Position numbers and translations under genes: made by a program. Positions 12,122-21,893 of a stretch of DNA of 64,000 bases are shown here, in pieces (position 1 is the first letter of the stretch; each line of letters opens with the position of its first letter). The notes below the pieces were generated by a model. That model saw nothing but the letters and a program-made list of their open reading frames with translations, did not search any database and was not told where the DNA came from. The stretch lies in the NCBI GenBank assembly GCA_963845755.1, contig CAWJTV010000020.1, positions 64,001 through 128,000 of the forward strand, given 5' to 3'. The DNA comes from an uncultured Planctomycetota bacterium. GTDB lineage: Bacteria > Planctomycetota > Planctomycetia > Isosphaerales > Isosphaeraceae.

Positions 12122-12985
12122 TCAGTCCTCCCAACCCCGCACCGCTGTCCAGACCTTGATCGCATCGACCATCGGCGCGACGTCGTGGACCCTCACCACC
12201 CGCGCGCCGGCCGCGCACGCCGCCAGCGATGAAACTACCGACGCCGTCGCGCGTTCGTGCACTCCACGTCCGGTGATCGTGCCCAGGAACCCTTTCCGTG
12301 ACGTACCAATCAGGATGGCACACCCTAGCGTGTCAAATCGACGGAGGTTCCGCAAGATCTCCAGGTTATGGTCGATGGTCTTTCCGAAGCCGATGCCCGG
12401 GTCGATGGCGATCCGATCCCGGGCAATCCCCAACGACTCGGCCCGCTCGACTCGCCGGGCCAGGACCTCGTACACCTCGCCCAGGACGTCCTCGTAGTGA
12501 GGATCGACCTGCATCGTCTTCGGGACGCCTTGCATGTGCATGAGCACCACGCCGGCGCCCGTCGCGGCCACGACGCGACCCATGTCCGCATCGGACCCCA
12601 GTGCGGAGATGTCGTTGACGATGGCGGCGCCGGCGTCGAGGGCTCTCCGGGCGACCTCTGCCTTGGTCGTGTCGATCGAGATCGGGACGCCCAGCTCGGA
12701 GGCCAGGGCCTCGACGACCGGGATGACCCGGCGCAGCTCCTCGTCGATTGAGACCGGATCCGAGCCCGGCCGGCTCGACTCGCCCCCGAGGTCGATCAGG
12801 CCGGCTCCCTCGCGGACCAGCCGTCGCGCCTGGCTGACGGCGGCGGCGCTGCCAGCGGTCCGGCCGCCGTCGGAGAAGCTGTCGGGAGTCAGATTCACGA
12901 TGCCCATAACTTTCGGGATCGGATCCTGGTCACCCAGGATCGTCCGACCCTGGGCGTTCCACTGCGGCTTGATGGATCGGCTCAC
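12122..12985 (-). CDS. folP: dihydropteroate synthase
   Basis: [55 protein letters not shown]; start uncertain. Confidence 0.96.
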   Translation of the reverse strand: MSRSIKPQWNAQGRTILGDQDPIPKVMGIVNLTPDSFSDGGRTAGSAAAVSQARRLVREGAGLIDLGGESSRPGSDPVSIDEELRRVIPVVEALASELGVPISIDTTKAEVARRALDAGAAIVNDISALGSDADMGRVVAATGAGVVLMHMQGVPKTMQVDPHYEDVLGEVYEVLARRVERAESLGIARDRIAIDPGIGFGKTIDHNLEILRNLRRFDTLGCAILIGTSRKGFLGTITGRGVHERATASVVSSLAACAAGARVVRVHDVAPMVDAIKVWTAVRGWED

Positions 12986-13057
12986 GTTGCAGGCTCCCGG
13001 TGGCTCGGACGGCCTCCCGACGGCCCCTCCGGCGCACGATCGCGCCCCGGACACCGC

Positions 13058-13711
13058 TCATTTCAGGTCTTCGTCGCTGAACCACGGCTTTTCCATCATA
13101 TCCACGATCTGCTTGGCAATGCTCTGGGTGATCTGGTAATAGGCGGACAGCGTGGTCTCGCCGACTTCGGGGATGAAGTTGTTGACCTCCGTGACCGCGG
13201 TCGGTTGCCGGGTCTTCTCGAGCTCGGTCTCCGGATTGTGCGTCCAGTTCACCCAGACGGTCATCATCGCGTTGAGCTCGCGCGGCAGGTTCGTCGGCGC
13301 CTCGACCACCAGGTTCTTGTCCGTAACCGTGATCACCCCCTTCAGGATGGAGTCGGCCTGCTCCGGCTTGCCGACCACCCGGAAGGGCGTTCGCATGTTG
13401 ATTTCCTTGGTGACCGCCTCAGTCAGCATGAGCTGGAGATCGCGCCGGAAGGTCTGCGTCTTGAAGTAGACGAAGACCGTCTTGACCTCCGAGGTATCGT
13501 AGGGCGCCTGCATGTGCCAGCCGAAGAACCCATCATTCTCCGCCGTGCCCGAGGGCGACCCGACCGGCAGGTTGGTGCAGCCGGAGACCAGGCTCGCCAG
13601 CCCGATCACTCCCAGCATCCGGGTCAAACGCACACTCCATCTCGGTCGTCGCGAGCCCCGAGGCGGCGAAGCCCCGCCTCGTCGCGGACGCTGAAGGACG
13701 CTGTGCCGCAT
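13058..13711 (-). CDS. lptE: LPS assembly lipoprotein LptE family
   Basis: Lipobox LVSGC; VKTVFV..F..QTFRRDLQ..LTEAV.KEI..RTPF..V...ADSIL.G.I; C-terminal AKQIVDMME; lies downstream of bamD. Confidence 0.75.
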   Translation of the reverse strand: MRHSVLQRPRRGGASPPRGSRRPRWSVRLTRMLGVIGLASLVSGCTNLPVGSPSGTAENDGFFGWHMQAPYDTSEVKTVFVYFKTQTFRRDLQLMLTEAVTKEINMRTPFRVVGKPEQADSILKGVITVTDKNLVVEAPTNLPRELNAMMTVWVNWTHNPETELEKTRQPTAVTEVNNFIPEVGETTLSAYYQITQSIAKQIVDMMEKPWFSDEDLK

Positions 13712-13901
13712 GAGACCGTACCTCCCCTGGGATTTCGGGTACGCGATTCCTGTTTCAAGACCCAGAATTCCAGTTTTCACTCGCCTTGGAGAACGCGTCA
13801 GAGGTTCATGTTCTCGCTTCTTGAATTGGGAATCTGGAATTCCCCATCCATTCGCTCAAGAAAGCCCCGGAATTACGATCGATTGCCCACTCCCGACAGC
13901 C

Positions 13902-15375
13902 TCACATCATTCCGCCCATGCCGCCCATCCCCATGCCACCCATGCCGCCCATGCCACCCATCCCCATGCCGCCCATCCCCATGCCGCCCATGCCGCCCAT
14001 GGGACCGGCGCTCATGAACGGATCCGTCGCGCCCGGCGGGATGATGATCTTACTGGGCTTCGAGGGTTTGCGCGGGAGCTTGGCGAGCTGGGCGAGCTCG
14101 GTCTTGGCCTTGGCGGCCCACGGGCTACTGGGCCATCGCTGAGGGATCTTTCCGAAGTAGAATTCGGCCGACGCGACCTTGCCGATCTTCTTGTAGTAGG
14201 CGCCGTCGCGGAAGGTCTTCTCCGCCTGAGCCTCATTGATCACATCGAGCGTGTGATACAGCTTCTCGAACGAGGCCTGGCGCTCGGGGAACGTTTGCAT
14301 CGTCTGCTTGACCAGGTCGCGGGCTTTCTCCAGGCCGGCGCCGTCATACTCGGGGCCGAGATAGCCCTTCATCCGCGCGTCGATCGCGGCGAGCTGGGCA
14401 TCTTGCAAGAAGGGGCTCTTGCGCGGCCCGTACTCGGCGATGAACTGGTCGTAATAGAGCGCAGCCGACTCATAATCCTGGTGTTTCATGTGAAAATCGG
14501 CGATCTGTATCGTGGCGTCGTCGGCGAGCGGGCCGTCCGGTTGAAACTGGCGGACGTGCTCGAGGGACTTCAGGCCCTGGCCCTGGCTGTCGAGCAGGGG
14601 CAGCCGGCTGTCGAAGCGGGCGAACCACGGCACCTTCTTGTCGGCGGGCGCCTTGGGATCGGTCTGGGCGAGCCAGAACTGGGCGAGCTCGTACTCGCGG
14701 GCGCAAAGCTTATCCAGGTAGGCGGTCGCGGGGTAGTCGGTGTGGAGGCGATCGAAACTGTCGTGGGCCGTGACGAACTTCTTCTGCTGATACTGGGACT
14801 CGGCCAGGTAAAACTGGGCGTTCTCACCCCAGGTAGACCCCTTGCGGTCCTTGGCCTTGGCGATCTTGGCAAACTGCCGCTCGGCCTCGGCGAACTTCCC
14901 CTGCTGGAACAGCTTGAATGCGGACTGGAACTCGGCGTCGGCCTGGGGGTTGGGTGCCGGCTTGGCGAAGGGACGCCAGCCGTTGGAGCCAAGGACGAGC
15001 GTCGAAGGCGGGGGATCGCCGATGGTCGGGTTCTTCCGTGGCGTCATCCAGGCGCTGGAGCAGGTTCGTGGAGTCGGTCGATCCACTGGAGTCGGCCATC
15101 TCCTCCGGGTTGAGCCTCCGGAAGATGTTGGAGTCATACGCGGCGCACCATTCGGCCAGCGGGCTGGAAATGCTCTGACAGCCGGTGAGCCCCAGCAGCA
15201 GCAGCCCCGCGGCCAGGCAAACGATTCGCTTTTGGATCTTGGATTTGGAATCTGGGATTTGGAATCTGGAATTCTGGGTTCTGGATTCAGGATTCAGGAT
15301 TATGGACGGGAAGACCCTCCAGGTCTGGCCCGCGATCCAAAATCCATAATCCAAGATCCAAAATCGGAGGACCAT
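13902..15375 (-). CDS. bamD: outer-membrane protein assembly factor BamD (TPR lipoprotein); frameshift near 15050; Gly-Met tail
   Basis: Lipobox LTGC, TPR-like helices (AQFYLAESQY, DRLHTDYP, AEFYFGKIPQRWPSSPWA), recO-bamD-lptE order. Confidence 0.8.
15230..15365. repeat. inverted heptamer tandem repeats (TTTTGGA/TCTGGAA versus ATCCAAA) inside the bamD 5' region
   Basis: ttggatcttggatttggaatctgggatttggaatctggaattctgg... versus atccaaaatccataatccaagatccaaaatc. Confidence 0.7.
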
Positions 15376-15379
15376 TCGG

Positions 15380-16126
15380 TCACACTCCCAGTAAAGGGCG
15401 GAGTCGGGGACGATGCCCGAGGACGTGACTGATCACCGCCCCGATGGTTTCCCGGACCGGCGCGAGGCCCGCGGAGCTGGCATCCAGCTCGCGCCAGGCA
15501 CGCCCGGGGCTGGCCAGGGCCCGGATGGATTCCAGGTCCCTGACCGACATGGACGCGACATGCGGCTGGCCGGTCCGGCATGCATCACAGAGCACGCCTC
15601 CCGAGGCCAGCCCGAACCACACCACCTCCCTCGGCGCCGCGATGACCGCGCCGCAGTGCGCGCAGGCCTCGAGCGCGGGCATCAACCCCAGCTCGCGCAG
15701 GCACGCCAGCTCGAATCGAAGGAGCCTCCGCGACCGCAACTCGGCCTCGCCCAGATGCCGCAAGGTGATCCTCGCCGCGTCGAACAGCTTCGGGTGCGGA
15801 TCGTGGAAGTCGGTCAGGTCGGACAGCAATTCGGCGATGTAGTAGCCGGCATACAAGGCCGCCAGATCGCGGCGCAGAGGGGCAAAGCGCTCCACCGGCG
15901 CGGCCTCGACCAGGAGGTCCAGCGCCTCGGACGCCTTGGGAAACAACACGATATCGGAAACCCCCAGCAGGTCAAGCCCACCCTGGAACGGCGACTTCGG
16001 CCGCCGGCCTCCCTTGGCCAGCGCCGAAACTTTCCCCAATTCGCGGGTGAAGAGCGTCACCACGAGGCTGGTCTCGAAGACCTCGATCGATCGCAGGACC
16101 AGGGCGAGTGTCCGATTGGCGGGCAC
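15380..16126 (-). CDS. recO: DNA repair protein RecO
   Basis: ALVLRS..VFETSLVVTLFTRELGKVSALAKGGRR; CAHC...LCDAC zinc finger. Confidence 0.95.
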   Translation of the reverse strand: MPANRTLALVLRSIEVFETSLVVTLFTRELGKVSALAKGGRRPKSPFQGGLDLLGVSDIVLFPKASEALDLLVEAAPVERFAPLRRDLAALYAGYYIAELLSDLTDFHDPHPKLFDAARITLRHLGEAELRSRRLLRFELACLRELGLMPALEACAHCGAVIAAPREVVWFGLASGGVLCDACRTGQPHVASMSVRDLESIRALASPGRAWRELDASSAGLAPVRETIGAVISHVLGHRPRLRPLLGV

Positions 16127-16474
16127 GGGGCCTCCTGGGGCTGTTGAGAGTGTCGTCGATAGTGAAATCGGCCGAATTGATCCGAGCCCGGCCTCGCTGG
16201 ACTTGCACGTTGGCGGCGGATTCGCCCGGAAGCCAGGCCAGGGGATCCCCCTGTCGGAACGTGGGGAAGACGCCGCCTAATCTGCGAGACCGTCATCCCC
16301 GGAGAACTCCGCAAAGGCAATTCTCCTGATCGTAACGAAATTGTGGATTGATATGGTCAGTGGTCTGAACCCGATTCGGATCGGACTCGTCGAGTTGAGA
16401 ATATTTATCAGTCACGCGGTCTATATGGTCTGGGAGTTTTATTCTGTGGGTTTTCGGGATAGTTCGCGCGGGAT

Positions 16475-16570
16475 TTGGCTTCGTTTGGTGAAATTCGGGC
16501 CTGGGCGCGTCGTGGCTTGGCTTCGTTTTGCGGTATTCGGCCCGGGCCAACCGGCCGCTTGGCTTCGTTT
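16475..16570 (+). repeat. three exact TTGGCTTCGTTT direct repeats with a 42-bp period
   Basis: Copies at 16475, 16517 and 16559; related motif on the opposite strand at 46237, 46407 and degenerate at 46311 and 57065. Confidence 0.8.
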
Positions 16571-17444
16571 CGTGGATCTGGGATCCAGCATCTCGGGGAT
16601 CTCTGGGGTCATTCGTTAGAAGCCGGGGCACCCTCAAGCCGGGTCGTTGCTTCAATCAGTGGAATTGCACGCCAACGAGCACGCACTGATGATTCCTGTC
16701 AGACAATCTACCGTGCCTGACTGCGCATCAATGGCTCATTGGTTCCATCGCGACTCGGTAGATGTCGTTCCGGTCTCGTTGCACCGATCGCGACGAACCG
16801 CGGGCCCAACCTCCTTCGTTCGAGCGTCTCGACCGATCATTCATGCACATAGTGGATCTTGGCTTCCAGGCGGAAACGATCGCGTGAAGCGGGTATCCGA
16901 CCAAACCTAATCGAGACGATCTTCGGCGCCTCACCGACGATGCGCCCCGTTCTCAAGCACGGATTATTGAGCAAGGTTCGCGTGGCGAGTTGGCACGTTT
17001 CTGTCACCTTCCTGGCGGGTCGCTATACCTGATCTCTTTAGCCGGAAGTGGGTTGCGGCGAGCCCGTGCTTGGGTCGGAGCGTTCCGATCGCCGGTTTTC
17101 GGAGTGATCTGGCGGTGCCCATACTATCAGGATGCCTCAACTTGGAAAAAATGTTAATGCACCTATCGCAGAACTTGGACCTCGAGCCTCCCGAACTCTC
17201 AGTGCCAGAAGCAGATAGACAATTCCAAAAAAAATTTCAGCCTGTTGATTAGCCGACGTCTTCACGGGGCCGAACGGGACGGTGGAGAGCGATTCAGGCT
17301 GTGAATCACTCGGACAGCCTGCCCGTCGTCACGATCGGAGATCCCGATCGCGTGGTCCAGGATCGTCTCCATGCCGAGAAAGTCGCCGAGCCGCTGCTCG
17401 AAAAGCTGGTCGCCATCGACGACTTCCGCGGCGCGGGGACGGAT

Positions 17445-20400
17445 CTACGGCCCGTTATCTCTACAAGTGTCCGGGGGCAAACCCAATGGTGGCTCGAACG
17501 GATCGCAGGGGAACTGGAGATCGAAGACGATGGCCTGGAGGGCGGGATCTCCCCGGAGTTTCGCCAGGGAAGTGTCGAGCAGGAGCTTGCCGGACTCGTC
17601 GCGGAGCTGCAAGATCTGTTCGATGATCCAGCCCAGGTCGGAGGTGTCCGCGGGAATGGGGCTCTTCTGGCGCGGCTTCAGCCCGTTGTAGGCGGAGCGC
17701 AGCAGGGATGGGGCCTCGGTGTACTTTTTCTGGGCGAGCAAGCAAACGCCGAGGCGGATTTGGGCCATGTGGCGTTCCCGTTCCTCGAACTGATTCTTCC
17801 TGAAGAAGACCAATTCATCGCGGATGTACGGTTCGGCCTTGTGATAATCTCCCAGGACGAGAAAGAACATCCCGGCGACCTGGTTGGCCTGGGCCGTCGT
17901 ACCGTGCTCGAGCCCCCACCGGGCGCGCGCGATCTCGGCCGACTCGATCAACGCCCGACCGAGCTGCTTCATGTCCCTCCTCTGGGCATAGATACTCGCC
18001 AGCCCCGCCAGTGCGGCAATCGTCGTCTCGTGGTTGCGATCCAGCGACTTGCGACATCCGACCAGCGCCTCGGATAAGAGCAGCTCGGCCTTGTCCAGGA
18101 TGCCCTGCTCGGCATAGAGCATTCCCAATTTGACGAGGGATTGGAGTGTTGAGGGATGCTCGCGGCCGGGCACCTTGGACTGAAACTCGACCGCGTCGAC
18201 CAGGAGTCGTATCGCATCGTTCTTCTTGCCCCGGCGCTGATAGACGTCGGATAAGTTCTGTCTTGCCATCGACGTGATGGGATGTTCGACGCCCAGGACC
18301 TTCTGCATTTTGTTCAGAACGTCAGTCAACGTCTGCTCCGCCAGTTCCCGCTTCTGTTGCTCCAAATAGACCATTGCCAGGGTGCTTCTCACCTGGAGCG
18401 TCTCGGGATCATCTGAGCCTTGCTTCACCTGGAGTGCGTCTCGTACCTGAGTCAGGAGCCCTTCGGCTTCTGGATACCGGCGCTGGCCGTAGTAGAGAAT
18501 ACCGACGAGAGTGGTCGCATCGAGCAGGTCGCGATGCTGGGAATCTCGCGACTTTCTCAGTCCCCTCATGGCTTCGACCAGGAGCGGCTCAGCCTCGGCG
18601 ATCTTCCCGTCTTCGTAATAGAGGAGCCCCAAGGCTTTCATGGCGAGGAGTGTGTCGGGATCGTCGTTGTCCAGGACGGTGCGGCGCAAATCCAGGGCCC
18701 GCTGAAGGTGCGGGAGGGCCTGCGCGAAGAGGCCCAATTGATAGTACGTCTCGCCGACCGTCTGGCGAATCGATGCTTCCACGAGCGGCTGACTCGCGAA
18801 TCGATCACCGATCTTGGCGGCGGATCGGTCGAGGGCCGTCCGAACCTTCAAGTCCGGGTCGTGCTGTATGCGAAGTGTCGGCAGGTTGAACGCGCTGGCC
18901 TGGGCCAGCATGTCCTGTTGCACGAACGCTCTGACCGCCTTGGAGATCTCAGCCTCAGCCTCGGCCCGGTCGCGCTGCTTGCGGGTTGCGGCCTCGGCCT
19001 GGGTTGCCCGGAGAGCTTCACTTTCGGCTTTGCCCAGTGCCTTGGTGGCGAGGACAGCCTGCCAGCCGCTGACGACCGTGCCGACAACCAGGATCGCGAT
19101 CGACGCGGCCACCCATGGGTTTCGCCGGCACCAGCGCACAACGCGCTCGGGGGGAGAAGCCCGGCGTGCGAGGATCGTTCGACCGTCGAGGAACCGCCGC
19201 AAGTCGTCCGCCAGTGCCCCGGCTGTCGCGTAACGACGATCCGCCTCGCGCGCGATCGCCTTATGGATGATCGTCTCCAGGTCCCTGGGAACTCTCGGCA
19301 CGCGTGTGGCCAGCCTCGGCGGCCCCTCGCGTCGAATTCGTTCGATCAGATGGAAACGATCCACTTCCTCAAATGCCGGAACCTGCGCGGCCAGTTCGTA
19401 GAGGCTCAGACCCAGGCTGTAAACGTCGGCCCGCGCATCGCACTGACCTTGAAAGCGTTCGGGAGCCATGTACCGCACCGTGCCAACGATGTCACCGGAG
19501 GCCGTCAAACCGTCAACCCCGATCGTCTTCGCCAATCCGAAGTCGGTGACCCAGACGTTCCCGCGAACATCCCGCAACAGGTTCGACGGCTTGATGTCGC
19601 GATGGAGGACGCCCTGACGGTTGGCGTACTCCAGCGCGTCCGCGACCTGAACGCCGATGCGAGCGAGGGCCTGGAAGTCAGCAAGGTTGCGACCCAAATG
19701 CGTCAAGATCTCGCCGGAACCGGGCAGGACAACGGGCGGCGAATCGGATGGCACAAACTCCGATGGGATGTTCGGCGGAGGGAAGATGGCCGTCTCTCCC
19801 GACCTCTCCTCCAGGGAAGTCTCGCCGCGCGGAGAGGATGCTCCCTCGCCGAACTGGCCCGATGCCGGCGACTGCGCCACATCGGCCACCGTCGCTCTCG
19901 AAGGGCAGGGAGTCGCGGGCGAGTGGGGGTGATCCACGGGACTCATGCTATCGACCATCTCGGGACCCGTACCTTCGCGCGATCCCGACGCGGACTCACG
20001 CTGACGACGTAACTCGCCGAGGACGGCGTCCAGACCCTGGCCCTCGATGTATTGCATCAGATAATAGTGCTGTCCAGCCTGCTCGCCGACGCCGAAGATG
20101 GGGACAATGTTGGTGTGGTGCAGTCGCGCCGCGGCCTGGGCTTCGTGCTTGAACCGCTCAACCTGCTTAGGGTGGGCCAAGGCGTTGAAGGGCAACAACT
20201 TGAGTGCCACGCGACGATTCAATCGCTGATCCACAGCCTCGTAGACGATCCCCATGCCGCCTCGGCCGATCTCGCGGATGATCTTAAGGCCTTCGATATT
20301 CGGGCCGAAGTCGGGAGATGATGGTGATGGAATGCCGTTGATGGGCGGCTGGTCAGGATCGTCCGGCCGAGGTCCTTTCGCCTCGACACGGTCGAGCAAG

Positions 20401-20594
20401 CGAGCGATCCGCTCATCGTTCTCTCGACTCGAAAAGGACGGATCGGCCGATTCTCGGCCTTTCGTCATCTGCTCCAGGAGTTGCTGGCATCGATCGCATT
20501 CTTCAATGTGGGCCTCGACGGCCCGGGATTCCGAACCTTCCAACTGATTGTGGAGGAACCGTTCGAGCTGTTGCGGGGTCGAGCAGGGGTTCAT
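17445..20594 (-). CDS. Hanks-type Ser/Thr protein kinase with N-terminal zinc anti-sigma (HxxxCxxC) motif, TM helix and TPR repeats
   Basis: HIEECDRC; IGRGGMGIVY, VALK, HRDIKPSN, DFGLAK, GTVRYMAPE; TM VAASIAILVVGTVVS; kinesin-light-chain-like TPRs (LGVEHP, GREHPSTL). Confidence 0.95.
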   Translation of the reverse strand: MNPCSTPQQLERFLHNQLEGSESRAVEAHIEECDRCQQLLEQMTKGRESADPSFSSRENDERIARLLDRVEAKGPRPDDPDQPPINGIPSPSSPDFGPNIEGLKIIREIGRGGMGIVYEAVDQRLNRRVALKLLPFNALAHPKQVERFKHEAQAAARLHHTNIVPIFGVGEQAGQHYYLMQYIEGQGLDAVLGELRRQRESASGSREGTGPEMVDSMSPVDHPHSPATPCPSRATVADVAQSPASGQFGEGASSPRGETSLEERSGETAIFPPPNIPSEFVPSDSPPVVLPGSGEILTHLGRNLADFQALARIGVQVADALEYANRQGVLHRDIKPSNLLRDVRGNVWVTDFGLAKTIGVDGLTASGDIVGTVRYMAPERFQGQCDARADVYSLGLSLYELAAQVPAFEEVDRFHLIERIRREGPPRLATRVPRVPRDLETIIHKAIAREADRRYATAGALADDLRRFLDGRTILARRASPPERVVRWCRRNPWVAASIAILVVGTVVSGWQAVLATKALGKAESEALRATQAEAATRKQRDRAEAEAEISKAVRAFVQQDMLAQASAFNLPTLRIQHDPDLKVRTALDRSAAKIGDRFASQPLVEASIRQTVGETYYQLGLFAQALPHLQRALDLRRTVLDNDDPDTLLAMKALGLLYYEDGKIAEAEPLLVEAMRGLRKSRDSQHRDLLDATTLVGILYYGQRRYPEAEGLLTQVRDALQVKQGSDDPETLQVRSTLAMVYLEQQKRELAEQTLTDVLNKMQKVLGVEHPITSMARQNLSDVYQRRGKKNDAIRLLVDAVEFQSKVPGREHPSTLQSLVKLGMLYAEQGILDKAELLLSEALVGCRKSLDRNHETTIAALAGLASIYAQRRDMKQLGRALIESAEIARARWGLEHGTTAQANQVAGMFFLVLGDYHKAEPYIRDELVFFRKNQFEERERHMAQIRLGVCLLAQKKYTEAPSLLRSAYNGLKPRQKSPIPADTSDLGWIIEQILQLRDESGKLLLDTSLAKLRGDPALQAIVFDLQFPCDPFEPPLGLPPDTCRDNGP

Positions 20595-20626
20595 CGCGGA
20601 TTCTCGATCGTGGGTCCTGCCGGGCT

Positions 20627-21244
20627 TCAACTCCGATTGCGAGTATCCCATCCATCCTCGAGCTTTCCGAGCTCCTCCTGAAGCATCCGGAGCACGGTCG
20701 ACTTGGCTTTGTAGACTCCACCGACGGTCATGCCCAGGACCTTGGCGACTTCACGGGCGGGTCGCTCATCGCGAGCCGTGGACTCGTAGGCCTCCCACGT
20801 CTTCGCTTCGACACGTTGTCGTACGGCCTGGGCTGCCGCTTCCAGAAGCTCGAGGTCGAATTCGCGCTCGATCCGGGAGACCAAATCGACGCGCGCTTCC
20901 TGGCTCGACAGCAGACTGAGATTCTCGCTTCCACCCGCGGCAACTCGGCGTGCATTTCTCCGCCACGCGTCACGGAAGGCGTCCCTTGCGACCTTCCTCA
21001 AGAAACCGCGGAAGCTCTGCGTGGAATCGTAACGAAACCCCGGCAACTTCACGGCAAGATTCGTGAGCACGGTCTGGGTGATGTCTTCCGCATCCGCGTC
21101 CTGTGCTCCCCATTCGCCACACCAGCGAATGATGCATGGGCCATAGCGTTTCGTGAACTGTCTCCAGGCCTCCTGGTCGAGCGGGAGCGCGGCCACACGT
21201 AGGAGCAACGAGGAGCTTGTCTTCAAGGTGTTGCCAGCCGCCAT
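20627..21244 (-). CDS. ECF sigma factor, planctomycete kinase-associated type
   Basis: TSSSLLLRV...DQEAWRQF..RYGP.I, DAEDITQ.V, FRYD..QSFRGFL, TWEAY, VA..LGMTVGGVYKAKS.VL. Confidence 0.92.
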   Translation of the reverse strand: MAAGNTLKTSSSLLLRVAALPLDQEAWRQFTKRYGPCIIRWCGEWGAQDADAEDITQTVLTNLAVKLPGFRYDSTQSFRGFLRKVARDAFRDAWRRNARRVAAGGSENLSLLSSQEARVDLVSRIEREFDLELLEAAAQAVRQRVEAKTWEAYESTARDERPAREVAKVLGMTVGGVYKAKSTVLRMLQEELGKLEDGWDTRNRS

Positions 21245-21893
21245 GGCGAGACTCTGCTCTCTTCGCGGATATCCGGTTCCTGCTATGTCATCGCCGACCG
21301 CCCAACATCTGCAGTTTTTTGATTGCCGCCCGGAATAGTGAAATCTTTTCGGAGTTGAGAGTCAGAATCGACTGAGATCGTTCGGATAGATACTGAGGCT
21401 AACCGCGAGGCGCTCGGGAATCAAACACATTCTCGGTTTTCGGAGATGGTGCGCCTCAATCGGAACTTTGGGTCGCTCGGCCATTTCGCCGAGAAGGACC
21501 GGACGACGCGAGTGACGGCATCCTCGGCGTGAGATCGTCGTCCGCCTCTCACTGATATTAACACATTAATAATATGCGGTGATTTCGTCGCGTGAGTCAA
21601 CAACTTTCGACAAGAACGGACCCTGACAATGTGCGCACGGAGTTTCACGTTGTGGGTGATCGTACTGCTGATCGCGGTTGTCACGGCATTGTCGCCCTCG
21701 CCGACGATAGAACCGCGCATGCTTGCGAAATGATGCCACGAGCCCGGTGCGACGCTGCCGGATCTCTGCTCGGCCTGGATGCCGACGCCATCGGTTTGAC
21801 TGGTTGCTTCTGAACTTAAGAATTCGCGTCTCCTTCCATCCATTCGGTTTCAGTGACCGCTCGGTGATCGCGATCCACCTGGAGACTCATCCC

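Noticed and set aside
10569..12497. Long antisense ORFs (also 1164..2498, 13710..15113, 18420..20012, 59265..60905)
   Set aside because: These are shadow frames of real genes, expected in high-GC DNA, with no motifs of their own.
16475..16570. CRISPR array
   Set aside because: The repeat is only 12 bp, there are three copies, it is not palindromic, and no cas genes are in the window.
5254..20594. TerY-P type vWA/phosphatase/kinase system
   Set aside because: The vWAs are extracytoplasmic YfbK type, there is no PP2C, and the kinase is ~7 kb away beyond housekeeping genes with its own sigma.
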